63,860 nt of DNA, filler included, from Phoronis australis (GCA_002633005.1; 9 parts of 9 records of this genome joined end to end with filler, not necessarily neighbours in it); one strand, 5' to 3'; positions 37,919 through 49,645 are shown, counted from the whole stretch's first letter. Made by a program: numbers and translations. The notes: generated from the letters alone by a model not told the origin.

Positions 37919-38456
37919 GAAAAAAGGTTTTTCATGGTCTCGGTGAAGGTGTGTTTATAAGTAAAATCAATTTACTTAGAGACCAGGGATTTAGAAGTTT
38001 GAACGTTTCGAACTGTACTCTATAGTTCTTTGTCAACGAATGGTAGGGGGGCGTCCTGGTTTCCGGTCCTTCTGTTCTCCAGAAGTAGTATAGCGTCATA
38101 GAAGGGTGGAAGTTGCAAACCTTAATCACGGTTCATGGTAGGCTTGTTAGTTTTGATGTATATGGATTCTTTGATCTTTCTAGAAAACCAGTTTTCCACT
38201 TTAGCCAGTATCTTGCCACACTGGCAAACATGCCAAGACAATCCATATACATCAAAACTAACAAGCCCACCATGAAATGTGATCAAGGTTTGCAACTTAC
38301 GCCAATCTATGACGCTATACTACTTCCAGAGAAAAGAAGGACCGCAAACCAGGACGCCCCGCTACCATTCGTTGACAAAGAACTGTAGAGCACAGTTCGA
38401 AATGTTCGAACTCCTAAGTCCCCGGTCTCTGAGTAAGTTGAGTTTGCTTATAAACA
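37919..38456. mobile_element. Penelope-like retroelement relic in inverted (foldback) configuration in the SENP intron
   Basis: Inverted arms ~37952-38170 and ~38240-38456. Both arms encode the GIY-YIG tail (E/Q)SIYIKTNKPTM..DQGLQL. 14-bp TSD TACTTTCATCTATT at 37905-37918 and 38457-38470. Confidence 0.85.
38368..38410 (+). ncRNA. Minimal type I hammerhead ribozyme motif, C3U/G8A variant (mirror copy at 37998-38040 minus)
   Basis: TTCG-TTGACAA-A-GAACTGT-AGAGC-ACAGTTC-GAAA-(C/T)GTT-CGAA: stem I TTCG/CGAA, 7-bp stem II, palindromic ACGT stem III in the consensus of the two copies. Confidence 0.65.
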
Positions 38457-38844
38457 TACTTTCATCTATTTACTGTCTACAACTCGGATATAATGCTTCG
38501 TGATTTCTGGGTTTGTCATTATTTAGTTGACTCTCATTTTCAGTGTATAGACTCTATACACGCAGTTGCCGTTTTAAATGGAGCCTTTTTTTAGGTTTGA
38601 AAAACAATGCATTTGAGAAATAAATATAACAAGGCACGCGAACAAACCATGCTCTGCGTTGTGATTAAGAGCAGTATGCATCATTTTCAAAACCTAAGGT
38701 GTATTCCTGAATAAATATATATCACCTTAAGAAAAAAGTTTCGAAGCATAATTTTAGTGGAAACGTTTCAATTGACGAAGCACTTGATTTATTTTGAACT
38801 AAGTAAATAAGCAAATTATAAGTAGAGCCAAAAATCTGACTCAC

Positions 38845-38995
38845 CATAAAGAAGCTCTCCACATACTGGCATATAAAAACACCACAGTCGCTGTAGTTGT
38901 CTTGTTGAGGACATTTGGGGTTACCGCCCTTCATGGTATCCTTGTTAATTGTGCGTGGAGTCTTTTTGCGCGTGTCCCACTCAACTTGAAGGTAC
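38845..38995 (-). CDS. SENP6/7: SENP6/7-like SUMO protease, catalytic-Cys exon
   Basis: TTTAG acceptor, [10 protein letters not shown]...[30 protein letters not shown] donor. PQQ.N.SDCG is the Ulp1/C48 oxyanion-Gln and catalytic-Cys motif in its SENP6/7 form. Confidence 0.92.
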
Positions 38996-39116
38996 CTAAA
39001 TTACAAATCAAACCACNNNNNNNNNNNNNNNNNNNNNNNNNNNNNNNNNNNNNNNNNNNNTTAATTAATTAANNNNNNNNNNNNNNNNNNNNNNNNNNNN
39101 NNNNNNNNNNNNNNNN

Positions 39117-39134
39117 CTATCAAGGATGAAAAGG
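39117..39134 (+). CDS. PDE2A: PDE2A-like phosphodiesterase, partial GAF-B exon
   Basis: (P)IKDEK followed by G|GTAAC donor; aligns with PDE2A FPIKNENQ; truncated by the spacer. Confidence 0.6.
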
Positions 39135-39421
39135 GTAACATACAGAAAAGTTTTGCCCTGTTTTTGAGTTATATAAGATTCAATCCGAGTGGGGTTTTTG
39201 ACGAGTTTGCGGCAAACAATTTGCTGTGAGTTTAGTAGGGATTTATTAACCGAGATGTTTTTAAGCGTAAAAGTTATTTAAATAAAATGTAGTATTAATT
39301 TTTCCCATTTTGATTTAAGTGTAAAACTTTTTGTTGAATAACACAATTTCTAATTTAAAAATTAGCCGGTGTATGGTGAATGCTTATAATAAACTGTCGA
39401 GCCTGTTGTTGTGGTTTTCAG

Positions 39422-39537
39422 AAAATACAGTAGGTGTCGCCCAGCTCTGTAATAAAAGGGACGGCAAAAACTTCACTACGTTCGATGAGGACATAGCCAA
39501 GGCGTTCTCAATATACTGTTGCATAAGTATCGTACAC
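39422..39537 (+). CDS. PDE2A: PDE2A-like phosphodiesterase, GAF-B exon
   Basis: ENTVGVAQLCNKRDGKNFTTFDEDIAKAFSIYCCISIVH contains the GAF NK...F...DE motif; AG/GTAAGT boundaries. Confidence 0.92.
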
Positions 39538-39973
39538 GTAAGTGTGGCATTTAATATATGAGTCACGCGACATTTGGTCCAGATTATTCAATTTCAGGCA
39601 CAGGCAATTTCCACCGTAGCAGAAAGTGCCAAAAAGAATTTTTTCGGTGAAAATTGAGAAATCATGTTACAAATGATGACAGCGTCGATTATTGTCAAAA
39701 TGGCTTGAATTTCTATCTTGTTCATACACTTAACATAGTTTAGGAACAAGTAGGAAACCATGTCACGAGGCATGAGCCCAGATTATTTATCGATCAGATT
39801 TCACTGTGCACACGTAATTTACTTGGACTTAAAAGCAATTTATTTGCAATTCTTTTTATAAATTGTTTTATGTAAATATCAAAGCTAGGCTTGTACACTC
39901 AGAGTAGTGCTTCATGAGGTGGTGTTGGTCATTTGTGTGTCTGCCATTACACTGATGGGTAATTCCATTTCAG

Positions 39974-40051
39974 TCGCTCATGTACAGAACTGTCAACGAA
40001 GCCTCTACCAGGAGCAGGCTGTGCAATGAACTCATGATATACCACATGCAG
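39974..40051 (+). CDS. PDE2A: PDE2A-like phosphodiesterase, linker-helix exon
   Basis: SLMYRTVNEASTRSRLCNELMIYHMQ versus PDE2A [26 protein letters not shown]; phase 0-0. Confidence 0.92.
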
Positions 40052-40992
40052 GTTTGTCAATCTTTGACCTTCACACGATTATAGTAAATTGTGATTTGAA
40101 TAACCTTTAACCTTTAGGTTTAGGAAGTGTAATCTTATGATTTGTTATAAGATCAGTTACAGTCAGCAATCTGTGAATAATGATTAAGGGGGGCTCATCA
40201 CCTAAAGGAGGACAATAGGAACAAGAAGGTGAGGGACCTAGTACAGGTGAAAATTCAAGTCAAAATCCAATTGACTTTGGTTACTGAAGCGCAAGTTTCA
40301 ATTACCTTTTCCCTGGGAAAAGAATAAAGAGCCATTTGGCTGGGCTGCCAACAGTCAACAGGCACATAGTTATAGAGGTGTTATTAAGCCTTATCCTGCG
40401 CTAGGCGAGGATTAGGTTGGTGACCAAGCAGCAAGACTGAATTCACTTGGGCTGTTGTGTTGGCATTGGTAAACTCCAACCTTTGGTCTTGATCATCATT
40501 CTACAGTGAATTTTTACCTGTGCTGGGTTCCCTGTGAATTGATTGTTGTTGGCTTGGAATTGCTGTGGCTATGTTATGGCAACAAATGGCTTAATTGGAA
40601 CATGCATCATCCAAGCCACTGTTAGCTGGAAGGGGAGGCTGAAATTCATTGGGTGGTTTCATTGGGTTTTATGTGACCAGCGTCTCACAATCCATGATTG
40701 TGTTGTGAGGTATCTGCCTATCTTTGAAAAGGTCAACTGCCGTCAGTTGTGAGATATAATGTTAAAAGTATTTGCATGGCCAATATTTACCCTCTTGCTT
40801 TTGTACCCTGTCCTCACATGTTCACAGCAAACCTGACGTGTGCAGATCTTGACATTCATTGACATGTTGATCTTTCCTGTTTCAAGAACGAAATGTAGTC
40901 ATCCAGACGCAAGGTTCGTGTCAGAAATGGTCATGTTATGTACAGTTGCTTTTAACAACACCTTTTGTGTCGCAAACGAATGCCCATTTATT

Positions 40993-41321
40993 GGGTCCGC
41001 TGTCTAATCTTTGCACTAGAAATCAAACTTTTTAGGCATTTTCCTTTCTATTTTTGTTTGAACTCAAGATAAGTGTCTATTATTCTGTGCTCGAGCATAT
41101 GGTTAATCTAAAATGCACTTGATGACATCAGCATCAAAGCTTTATGTTCAAGTCTGAACTCGAATCTAGTGCGAACTTGTGGTCAAGAAACTGACATCTT
41201 TGTAAATCATAACGTACTCGAGTACAGAATAACGAAGTCTTGTCTTGATTTCAGACAAAAGCAGTATGGAAAATGTCAAAACATTTTCAGGCTTTGAGTA
41301 CAAATATTAGACCACGGGTCC
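40993..41321. mobile_element. Palindromic MITE (Harbinger-like ends); related copy starting ~35198
   Basis: GGGTCCGCTGTCTAATCTTTGCACT... mirrored by ...AGTACAAATATTAGACCACGGGTCC, with long imperfect inverted arms. Confidence 0.65.
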
Positions 41322-41382
41322 TGGAGTTTATATTCTTACCCGTCTTTCATTCTTGTTCATATGTGGTAGTGTTTGTCAACAG

Positions 41383-41505
41383 GTGAATGAGGAAGACGTG
41401 ACCAAACTTGCCAAGTGTCACATCCCTCCACCCAAGTCATTCGACCCCCTCATAGACAAGTTTCTGTTTACTCCCAGAGGTATACCAGAAGCAGAGACTC
41501 CTTTG
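41383..41505 (+). CDS. PDE2A: PDE2A-like phosphodiesterase exon (start of catalytic domain)
   Basis: VNEEDVTKLAKCHIPPPKSFDPLIDKFLFTPRGIPEAETPL versus VSDDEYTKLL...FTYTPRSLPEDDTSM; CAG/GTACGT boundaries. Confidence 0.9.
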
Positions 41506-42092
41506 GTACGTCAACGATTGATTTGTCCTGTAAATACACTTGGCGCCCCCTAATGTGGAGTTTGTGTAACTGTAGCTTCATGATTTGCAAAAACATTCGA
41601 AAAGATTCCGAAAGATTTGGAAAAGTGCATCTTCCATTGAATGTGCAGCATATGTCACGGTGAACAAATGACCAAAATGGCTGTTTTAAAATTGAAAAGT
41701 ATTAGCCGTCTTCAAATTTTTAAAATCGGTGCTCTAGAAGAGAAATTATAGCGAACACGTTTTCTTGAGCAACGCGGCCGAGCCACCATTCGCATTAATT
41801 AACTTTAATGAGAGAGCAGGTTAGTCACAATGTGACTTAGGCACAGTTATAGCATTGGCATCACAAAAGATCAAATGTGAGCGTATGAGTTGCCTCTTGT
41901 GAATTCAGATGCCTAGGATGTCTAGCGTGTGTAGATGTGTAAAATGTCTGGTAATGTTCCTCACAACTTTTTGCCTTACATCATGATCAAGACATAACAG
42001 TTGCACTACAAACTTTAAGTCTTCATTGCACAAACATCTGTCGCTGAGAAACAGGGCAATAGAAAGTTTCGCACATCGATGACTGAAGTCGT

Positions 42093-42207
42093 ATTTGTTA
42101 ACTTCAAACTATAGCTAAATCACACTAATGCTACAAGAGAAGTCAGTCAAATTTGTTAACTTCAAACTATAGCTAAATCACACTAATGCTACAAGAGAAG
42201 TCAGTCA
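42093..42207. repeat. Perfect tandem duplication, 58-bp period
   Basis: ATTTGTTAACTTCAAACTATAGC...GAGAAGTCAGTCA x2. Confidence 0.9.
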
Positions 42208-42369
42208 GCCATGTAAAGTAATGAGTACTAACTGGCTGTATTGAAATGGCTTTGGAAAGTGTCTGGACTGAACGTTATTAGCTTTTAACAGATCAGAATT
42301 ACAGTGTGTTGCCCTAATTGTATTTCAGACTAACATCAATACTTGAGCTCGTTTCTCTTACTTTGCCAG

Positions 42370-42440
42370 GTAATTGTAAGCATGATGGATGAGATGGGTT
42401 TCATAAACCGGTACAGAATCAAACGAGATACATTGGCAAA
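42370..42440 (+). CDS. PDE2A: PDE2A-like phosphodiesterase exon
   Basis: VIVSMMDEMGFINRYRIKRDTLA versus [33 protein letters not shown] boundaries. Confidence 0.9.
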
Positions 42441-45400
42441 GTAAGTGGCGCATGGAATTCACACTGAGTCTCGCATTGTCCAGTGGGGAATGAGTGATGT
42501 AATCTCCGTTTGATTTAAAGTCAAGTTAGTCTAGATATTTTGTTTTGCAAACCTTGATGCGTCATGCACTAGTATTTGTGTCTTGTATAGATCCTAACCA
42601 CCTCACTATCAACACCGATTGTGTGGTAGATGTCTCAGGGGGTTCGTTGAGAATGAACAGAATTGTTACATATACGCAACCTTCCGAATAGAAATGAATT
42701 TTCTCAGCCCCCTGGGTCCTTGATTAACACTTTGTTGTCAGCGTTAAATATCGTTCTTTAATTTCTGACTTTAAATGGATTGCTTAAAGGTGTCTTTTGC
42801 CCTGTGTCGCTGGCTAAAACAAAAATGGAACTAGGTTATTGTAAATTGGTCACGCATTTCTTACCATGATTGGGTTCTATTTTCATTACCAGCAAGAACA
42901 TCCAAACCATCAGGGACTCAAGAAAATGCTTTTCAGAGTTTATTGGGAGTGGCCATTCCTAAAATTGCAAACTAAGTCTAAAATGGCTCATGTACGTGTT
43001 GACCGACCCTAAAATTACAAATTAAAAAAATGACACATTTACGCATTGCCCGTGAGTTGAGTTGGTAACAGAAATGGAATCCCATTGCAGTAATNNNNNN
43101 NNNNNNNNNNNNNNNNNNNNNNNNNNNNNNNNNNNNNNTTAATTAATTAANNNNNNNNNNNNNNNNNNNNNNNNNNNNNNNNNNNNNNNNNNNNTATGGA
43201 GGCCTCCTCAACTTACAACATTTATAGCCCGGACATTCCACTTCGTGACCTCTGCAACGTACCGGTACCATGTCCCTTTCGTAATCCGACGTTAAGAAAT
43301 GCTTGCCCTTTACTTTTACCCGTTTCATGAACGGGGAACGTTGCATTCTTGACATAACGAGCTTCGTTACTACGGTATACTCACTTGTAATCGGTTCAGC
43401 GACTGAACCCTTATCCCCTTCGAGAGCTCACGATGATTGCATTCCTAAGTGCAAAAACTTCCAAGCATACTGAATGAAACTCGGGGAAAGGCAAAATGGG
43501 GTAACTTGTTACGACTTGCCGTGCACAATGACACATGCTATGTCAAACGTACTGATAAGTGCACGTGAACCACGATGAAGAGGAATGATTCGGGCCATGA
43601 ACATCACTTCCGGACTGAAACATGCATTATTAATTACATCCCATGGGAATTTAATTAACTCTATCATTAATTAAGCACAACTAGAAATATTAATTTAACC
43701 CAACATTGCAATGGAAACGGCTGCGTTCTACTTTAAAGCATTTAGATAGAAAAGCATTTGTCTACAGTCCCGATGGTGGATTATACTGTAGATAAAATGA
43801 CCATGTGTTGTAGATTATTGAAAACGATTACTGCAAAGTATACCGCCAAAAATATCCCCCCACGTACAACCTAGACTTGCCCGTGGCTATTCTAAAATTG
43901 CAAAACATAGGAATGGGGAGATAATTTTTATGACGACACTTAAACCTGTACCATCCTGGAAAGCTATGGTTGAAGAAAACAAAAGTGCGTGTTTGCAGCT
44001 GCTACTGCAGAACTGGTTACTTGCAGATCAATCAAATTGCTTCCGTTTGAACTTTACCCGTATTTTCTAATTGCCTCCTTTGCTGTTTCGCTTTAGTGTT
44101 CCACAGTGGAAACTGTCATGCACTCATAGCGTTGAGCTACGCTCTTTCACAGGGCTACGAAAGGTAGCTCTACGGAATGTTGTTTAACATGGCTTCTCAT
44201 TGGTTAAAGCAATGAAACTGACGTCATAATATTCAAACCATTTCCATTGGTTAAAATCTGGGAAGCCCCTTTCACTTTATTGCTACGTAATATGGCGATA
44301 ATCTTTGACTTGAATAGTTGCAATTTATTAAAGTACATGTGCGTGCATAGAAGGCGTGTGCAAGTGGTGGAGATGTGATTGCTAAACTTTTGACAAAGGC
44401 ATGCGCATTGATGCCCACACAAGGAATGCCGTGATTACACAGGTTCACTTTTCAGTGTAGGTGGCGCTGGGTCAGAGGATGCGCGTAGATCTCACTCATT
44501 CAAAAGGTCACTCACAATGCGTCCTTTGTATATGCATGTGCCAGTGACGTGTGACCATCACACGTGCTTACATGTAAATCGGTGATGCAACGATTCGTCG
44601 ACCTGTGGCCTACGTCATCGCAAAAGAAAAAAATTGATTCGAAATTGTGACCGTGCTAAATACTTTACGACTTCACGGAAATGAGGTGATGTCTCCTCGG
44701 CTGCTTGCAAATTGTCATCTAGTATTTCTAAAAATTTACTTCAATTCGGCTACACGCAAATCTTCGCCTGATATTTCTAAACGTTTACAGTGACATAAAA
44801 ATTGTTAAGTGAACTGGGCCTCACAAATCTTAGTCTAGTAGTCCGGCCAATTCTGAAAATATATTCCCAATGGTGATGTACATGTACAGGCAAAACTGCA
44901 GTTTAAGAATTCATCATCTTCGTTGCAAAAGAAATCGCACTTCACGTTTTGTGAATCAGGAGTGTAGATACCACAACATGCAAATCTAAACAGGGTTGTA
45001 ATTTGTGAATTATTCGTATTCTGGTAGTACCTTTCGATTAACTAATTTATGTTGTTTGTTATAATTTTGATCTCATCGCTGAAAGTTTACACCCTTTGCA
45101 CTGTTTAGCAAACTTGAATCGGTAATTGACTTTAAAGAGCCCGAAAGCTGAAACCATGAATTTGCAATTCACGCCACGTCACGAAGAACCTTCGGGAGAC
45201 TGGATAGGAAGCTACATTGGCTTTGGTTCGAAGGTATCCTGAATTTTAAAAGAAAAAGGCAAACTGCAGCTGCACACAAACTAATACCTTATCAAACTTA
45301 AATTAAAGTTTTCTGCTATGTTTTTGTTATTTACAAAGTAAAACTGTAACAAAATGTCTACGAATTGTGCCACGGAAAACTGCAAAACTTCAAGCGTGCT

Positions 45401-46252
45401 TATCCTAGGTGATAATGTAATTTCACGGTGGTGGTTGTGGTGGTGATAGTGGTAGTGATATGCTGGAATTTATTCATTGGTCTTTCATTGAACAATTTCA
45501 CGAGTCTAACTTAATTGAAATCAACTTCAAGTCCCAGACATGCTTTTTTCAAAGCAATTTTAAACTCACCTTCTCTATGAAACACTATTTCACTATTTTT
45601 TTGATTTGGACTACTTACAGTTATGAAATTGGTCTCAAATATTTGCATAGTCAAAACAGGCGTAAATTTTGGGCTTTGACAGTCCCTTAGTGTTTAATAC
45701 AAGGCTGCGCGAGTCTATTTGTCCTTTTTATCTTGAGCATGGTCTCGAGGAATAACGAATTGTATTTTCATTCAAAATGAAAATCAATTTTACACGCGTA
45801 AGGCACAAGTTGCGACCAATTTTTATCGTGGTAGGTGGTCAAAGTCAAGCTTACGTTTGTTCGACGGAAACGGAATTGACTGCTGCTTCAATGATATCTT
45901 CAGCTTTGATGTAAAAGTTAACTTATGACTACCATCTATTTGCCAAATCTCAAAAAGCAGACAGCATTGGTCTCACAATTTCTGATGGATTAACTCAGCT
46001 AGTCAATGAGCAGTTTTCAATACCAATGTAGTATTTGGAAAAATGTTCGAAAATTGGCTTTATGAAACTTCAAAAACAAGTCTCTTTGTTATTAAAATTG
46101 GATTACGCACATCGTATTTCTTTGGTTTCTTTCAAAATTTGAGTCACATCCAAAAGATGAATACATTAGTCTCCCTTGAAATTTATTACTAACAAAGCGG
46201 GCTTTCCAGTGGTTAAAATAGCAAAGATTGGCCTAAAGCTAATACTACTTAC

Positions 46253-46370
46253 ATTTGAGTATTGGAAACCATGTAGATGACGCGGAAGCCTGGATTAACG
46301 ACGCAAACACCAGAACGGCTAGAGAAAAAAAGCCAACAGACATAAGTCTGAATTGCTGGACCTTTTCCAT
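46253..46370 (-). CDS. Candidate first coding exon of a secreted protein (signal peptide)
   Basis: MEKVQQFRLMSVGFFSLAVLVFASLIQASA-SSTWFPILK with a hydrophobic core, A-x-A cleavage site and a GTAAGT donor. Confidence 0.45.
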
Positions 46371-48013
46371 TGTGCTTGTCAGTTTAGGACGCGGAAAAGA
46401 TGTGCGTTCCCAATCAATGTGATCCGTATGAGTGTTCAGCACTACAAAGGTATATCAATGTTATTGTATTAGAATATATAACAAAGTGGTAACCAACTAC
46501 CAGTCAGTGTATGCAGTAACCTCAAACGAGCGACACCGATGCTGGCGTGACTGTGTTCAAACGAATCCACGATGTGTAATAACATTTTTCAGCCAATGGA
46601 ATAACATCATGCATAATGTCTTGGTCCAGCCAAAGACATTTCTAATGTCAAATCCAACGAAGCCTGTCATTGTCTCACGACGTACAGTGTACAATAGCAG
46701 AATAAAAAACCTCAGTCAACGTCATTTTTGTTTGTAAAATCAAATGAAATTAAAGAAAGCAAGATAGCGAACGGAAAATTGGTGAAATACATGTACGTAT
46801 TGTTGAAAAACGAGTTGCTGTCATATGGCATGTGCAAAGGGAGAGGTCCAAACTAACTCACTTCACGCCTGTGTTTTTATCCGAAACGTGTGATTGGTGT
46901 TTTACACACTAAATGTTACGAAAAAAACTTGGATTTACAAACTCACAAAAATGTTTGCGGGCCTGTTGCAGTCCATGGTGTATAAAATCAGAGGATGTTG
47001 TTTGTAAAGGTGCTATGCATTTGTCCGGTTGAAATGTTCAAGAACCAATACACGAACCAAAAGTTTCACTCACCACCTGTCATTTTAACTTGGTAGATTA
47101 TACAGAATCGCCCCACAACCCCTCGACCCACGACCTGCGGCAATAGATGCATCACCGCTTTTTACACATATCGTAGTCATATTACGTCGCTGAGTGACTT
47201 TCCCAAAAGACATACATACAGTACACGCGAATCTGCTGTGGCTCAAGACTGGTGGTTAAAAACAGAAAGTGGTCTTTAACCCACTTTCTATTTCTTTCAA
47301 AAAGAACATGACCTGAAATAGCGGATTGTGGTGCTATCGTTGTTACGGAAATAGTTCCACTAGTGGTTACCAATGGCCCTGTTCTACTAGACTTGTGGAG
47401 AGATTACTTTAACATGAATGCACATAATTTCACATTATTATTTGCTTCATGTCGTATACTCGTTTACAACATACATGTACTGTACTACATCTAACTGTGT
47501 GAGAACTTTTAGTTAACCATTTTTTCAAACTGTATTTACTGAAAAAATTACATATTCATGGCCTTCTCGCACTCTCCCAAAAATACCGTGAATCTACCAT
47601 TCACTGAAGAGCAGACGAGACGATTACACTCTGCCGGGAACGAGACGATTTGCAACGTTGGTAGGTATTTGATTCGATTTGGTCGCTCTTTTCTGTTTTG
47701 CGGATTTCAAACTTGCCGAATCAATTTTCTTAATTACAAGAACAGGGAAACGCCAGCCGAGCTCACAGCCAGACTCGTTGGTCCTGCAAGTCAGCGCTTG
47801 TTCTATGTTCAGATTGAGTCGAGAATGTGTAGACTGACTTGACCGGGNNNNNNNNNNNNNNNNNNNNNNNNNNNNNNNNNNNNNNNNNNNNTTAATTAAT
47901 TAANNNNNNNNNNNNNNNNNNNNNNNNNNNNNNNNNNNNNNNNNNNNCCACCAGCGACTCAAAACCACTTCAGGGTTTATTGGGGTTAGCTAACCCTAAT
48001 ATCGCAAATTTAT

Positions 48014-48581
48014 ATATCAAGTTTGAGTCTAATACTGGAATAAAAACTTACAAAAATTAGCGACGTTGCGTCTGCATCTCACGGACTTCAGCTTGGCTTG
48101 TGACATTATTATTATAACGGACGCAACGTCGCTAATTTTTGTAAGTTTTTATTCCAGTATTAGACCACAGGCGCTCGAATTTCCCGATGACTTGTAACCA
48201 TATATAAGAAACATAAAGGTTGGACAATTAAAGTTTGCCAAGCTGAGGCTCCCAACTTCAACTGTCCAAAATCCGAATATAATCTGCGTGCACCTCCCTC
48301 AGTGTGCTATTGCATAAACATTCGAAGCCTTATCTTTCCTTGATCCCATTAATTGTCCTTGTAAGTGGTCAATTAGCGATGGAATTTTCAAAAGATCTCA
48401 AAACTTTAAATTCAAGTACCTAAAATAGTAAACATGGCGGATTTCAGTTGTGCTTCAACTTGTAAGCCTTGTATTGAGTGACGTCATTTACGATCGAGGA
48501 ACAGATGAACCCAGGCGCCTGTGTATTAGACTCAAACTTGATATGTTTTCTCAAATGGATGTCTCAAAATTTTCATTCTTT
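48014..48581. mobile_element. Penelope-like inverted pLTR insertion
   Basis: Near-perfect inverted arms 48014-48072 versus 48120-48165 plus 48532-48544. 14-bp direct repeat TATCGCAAATTTAT at 48000-48013 and 48582-48595. Hammerhead-like motif inside. Confidence 0.55.
48166..48523. mobile_element. 358-bp MITE with 8-bp TSD (P or hAT superfamily)
   Basis: TIR CACAGGCGC/GCGCCTGTG; TSD TATTAGAC at 48158-48165 and 48524-48531. Confidence 0.9.
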
Positions 48582-48870
48582 TATCGCAAATTTATCAGTG
48601 GCACATGTACGCATCGCCTATGACATGAGTTGGTAACGGAAATGCGATCCTATCACGGTCAGGAATGTTATGAGAACGGTTTTAAGAGAGTAAAAGGCAT
48701 GATTTGATTTTCGTTTTTAGCCAGGTTAACGGGGAATTATGCAGCTTTTAGGTTTATTTCAAAGTTTGAAGTTATTTATCGTGAGGCATTGTCATTTATG
48801 TCAAACTGTATAAAGAACTCCGTCACTAACTTTATCCGTGTCAGCTGATTGGGCAGCAACGAGACAACAA

Positions 48871-49100
48871 GGGCCCGTTTTATCAAAGATCGTATGCCCG
48901 GCCATAGCTAAGTCGTTGGCATGTTATTTAGAGCACGTCACTACGTTTTCTGAAAGAGCAAATCGTCGGCACTGACATTAAAGCGATGATATTTCATATT
49001 CAGACTTAACGACGTCCTTTACGAGCCACGTTTATGTGCACATTAAAGTTACGACTGTATTTGCTAGAATTGGATTTTCTGACGTTGATAAAGCCAGCTC
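48871..49100. mobile_element. Decayed Harbinger-like MITE
   Basis: GGGCCCGTTTTATCAA ... TTGATAAAGCCAGCTC imperfect TIR. Confidence 0.4.
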
Positions 49101-49283
49101 TAAAAGTATAGATCACTACTCACTCATTTTCCACAATTTACAGACTTTTTGCAATGTCCAGTCGTAATGCGACAACAACGTGTTTCCTTTTTGTTTTTCT
49201 CAATTTACCCGGTCTGCAATAGTACATCTCTGATTCGATGTTGTATCGACTATCATAGCCAATATGCTTTGTCTCTACAACAG

Positions 49284-49376
49284 ATGGCGAACTTAGATCA
49301 CAGGAAGACGAAAGCGATCTCGGTACTTTGGAGGACACCTTTCGTGACCTTAACTTGAAATTTGACGGCGCAGAAG
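49284..49376 (+). CDS. RIG-I-like receptor, acidic linker exon
   Basis: CAG/GTAATT boundaries, phase 1-1; DGELRSQEDESDLGTLEDTFRDLNLKFDGAE, in frame with the next exon. Confidence 0.65.
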
Positions 49377-49589
49377 GTAATTGATTTATTTTGTCTTGAA
49401 TTTTGTTAAGCTAGATGTAAAAAATACCTTTCAATTTTTATCCTGTAGACAAAAAGCAAAGTTAATCTTTAAGTCCCCAAATTTAGCTTGAGTAAAACAT
49501 ACGTCATTATTCTTCACCAAATTTATGAGTTGACCATAGTGATCCTGAGAGGAGACATTATGACCTGGTGTGATATTAGTGCATTCTTT

Positions 49590-49645
49590 TCTCGAAGTCG
49601 TGGGTTCGAGTCCCACTGGGTCACAGTGCTAAGCCCTTGAGTCAG
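49590..49645 (+). mobile_element. tRNA-derived SINE head fragment
   Basis: B-box/T-arm GTGGGTTCGAGTCCCAC with no full cloverleaf. Confidence 0.5.

Noticed and set aside
40510-40540. TCAGFP(C) as a C5 DNA methyltransferase motif
   Set aside because: Needs a frameshift, has no supporting FxGxG or ENV motifs, and lies in a PDE2A intron with many stops
44080-45160. IRF/ISRE-like motifs as the RLR promoter
   Set aside because: Imperfect matches in a different contig from the RLR exons
49590-49645. tRNA gene
   Set aside because: Only the T-arm/B-box is present; better explained as a SINE head
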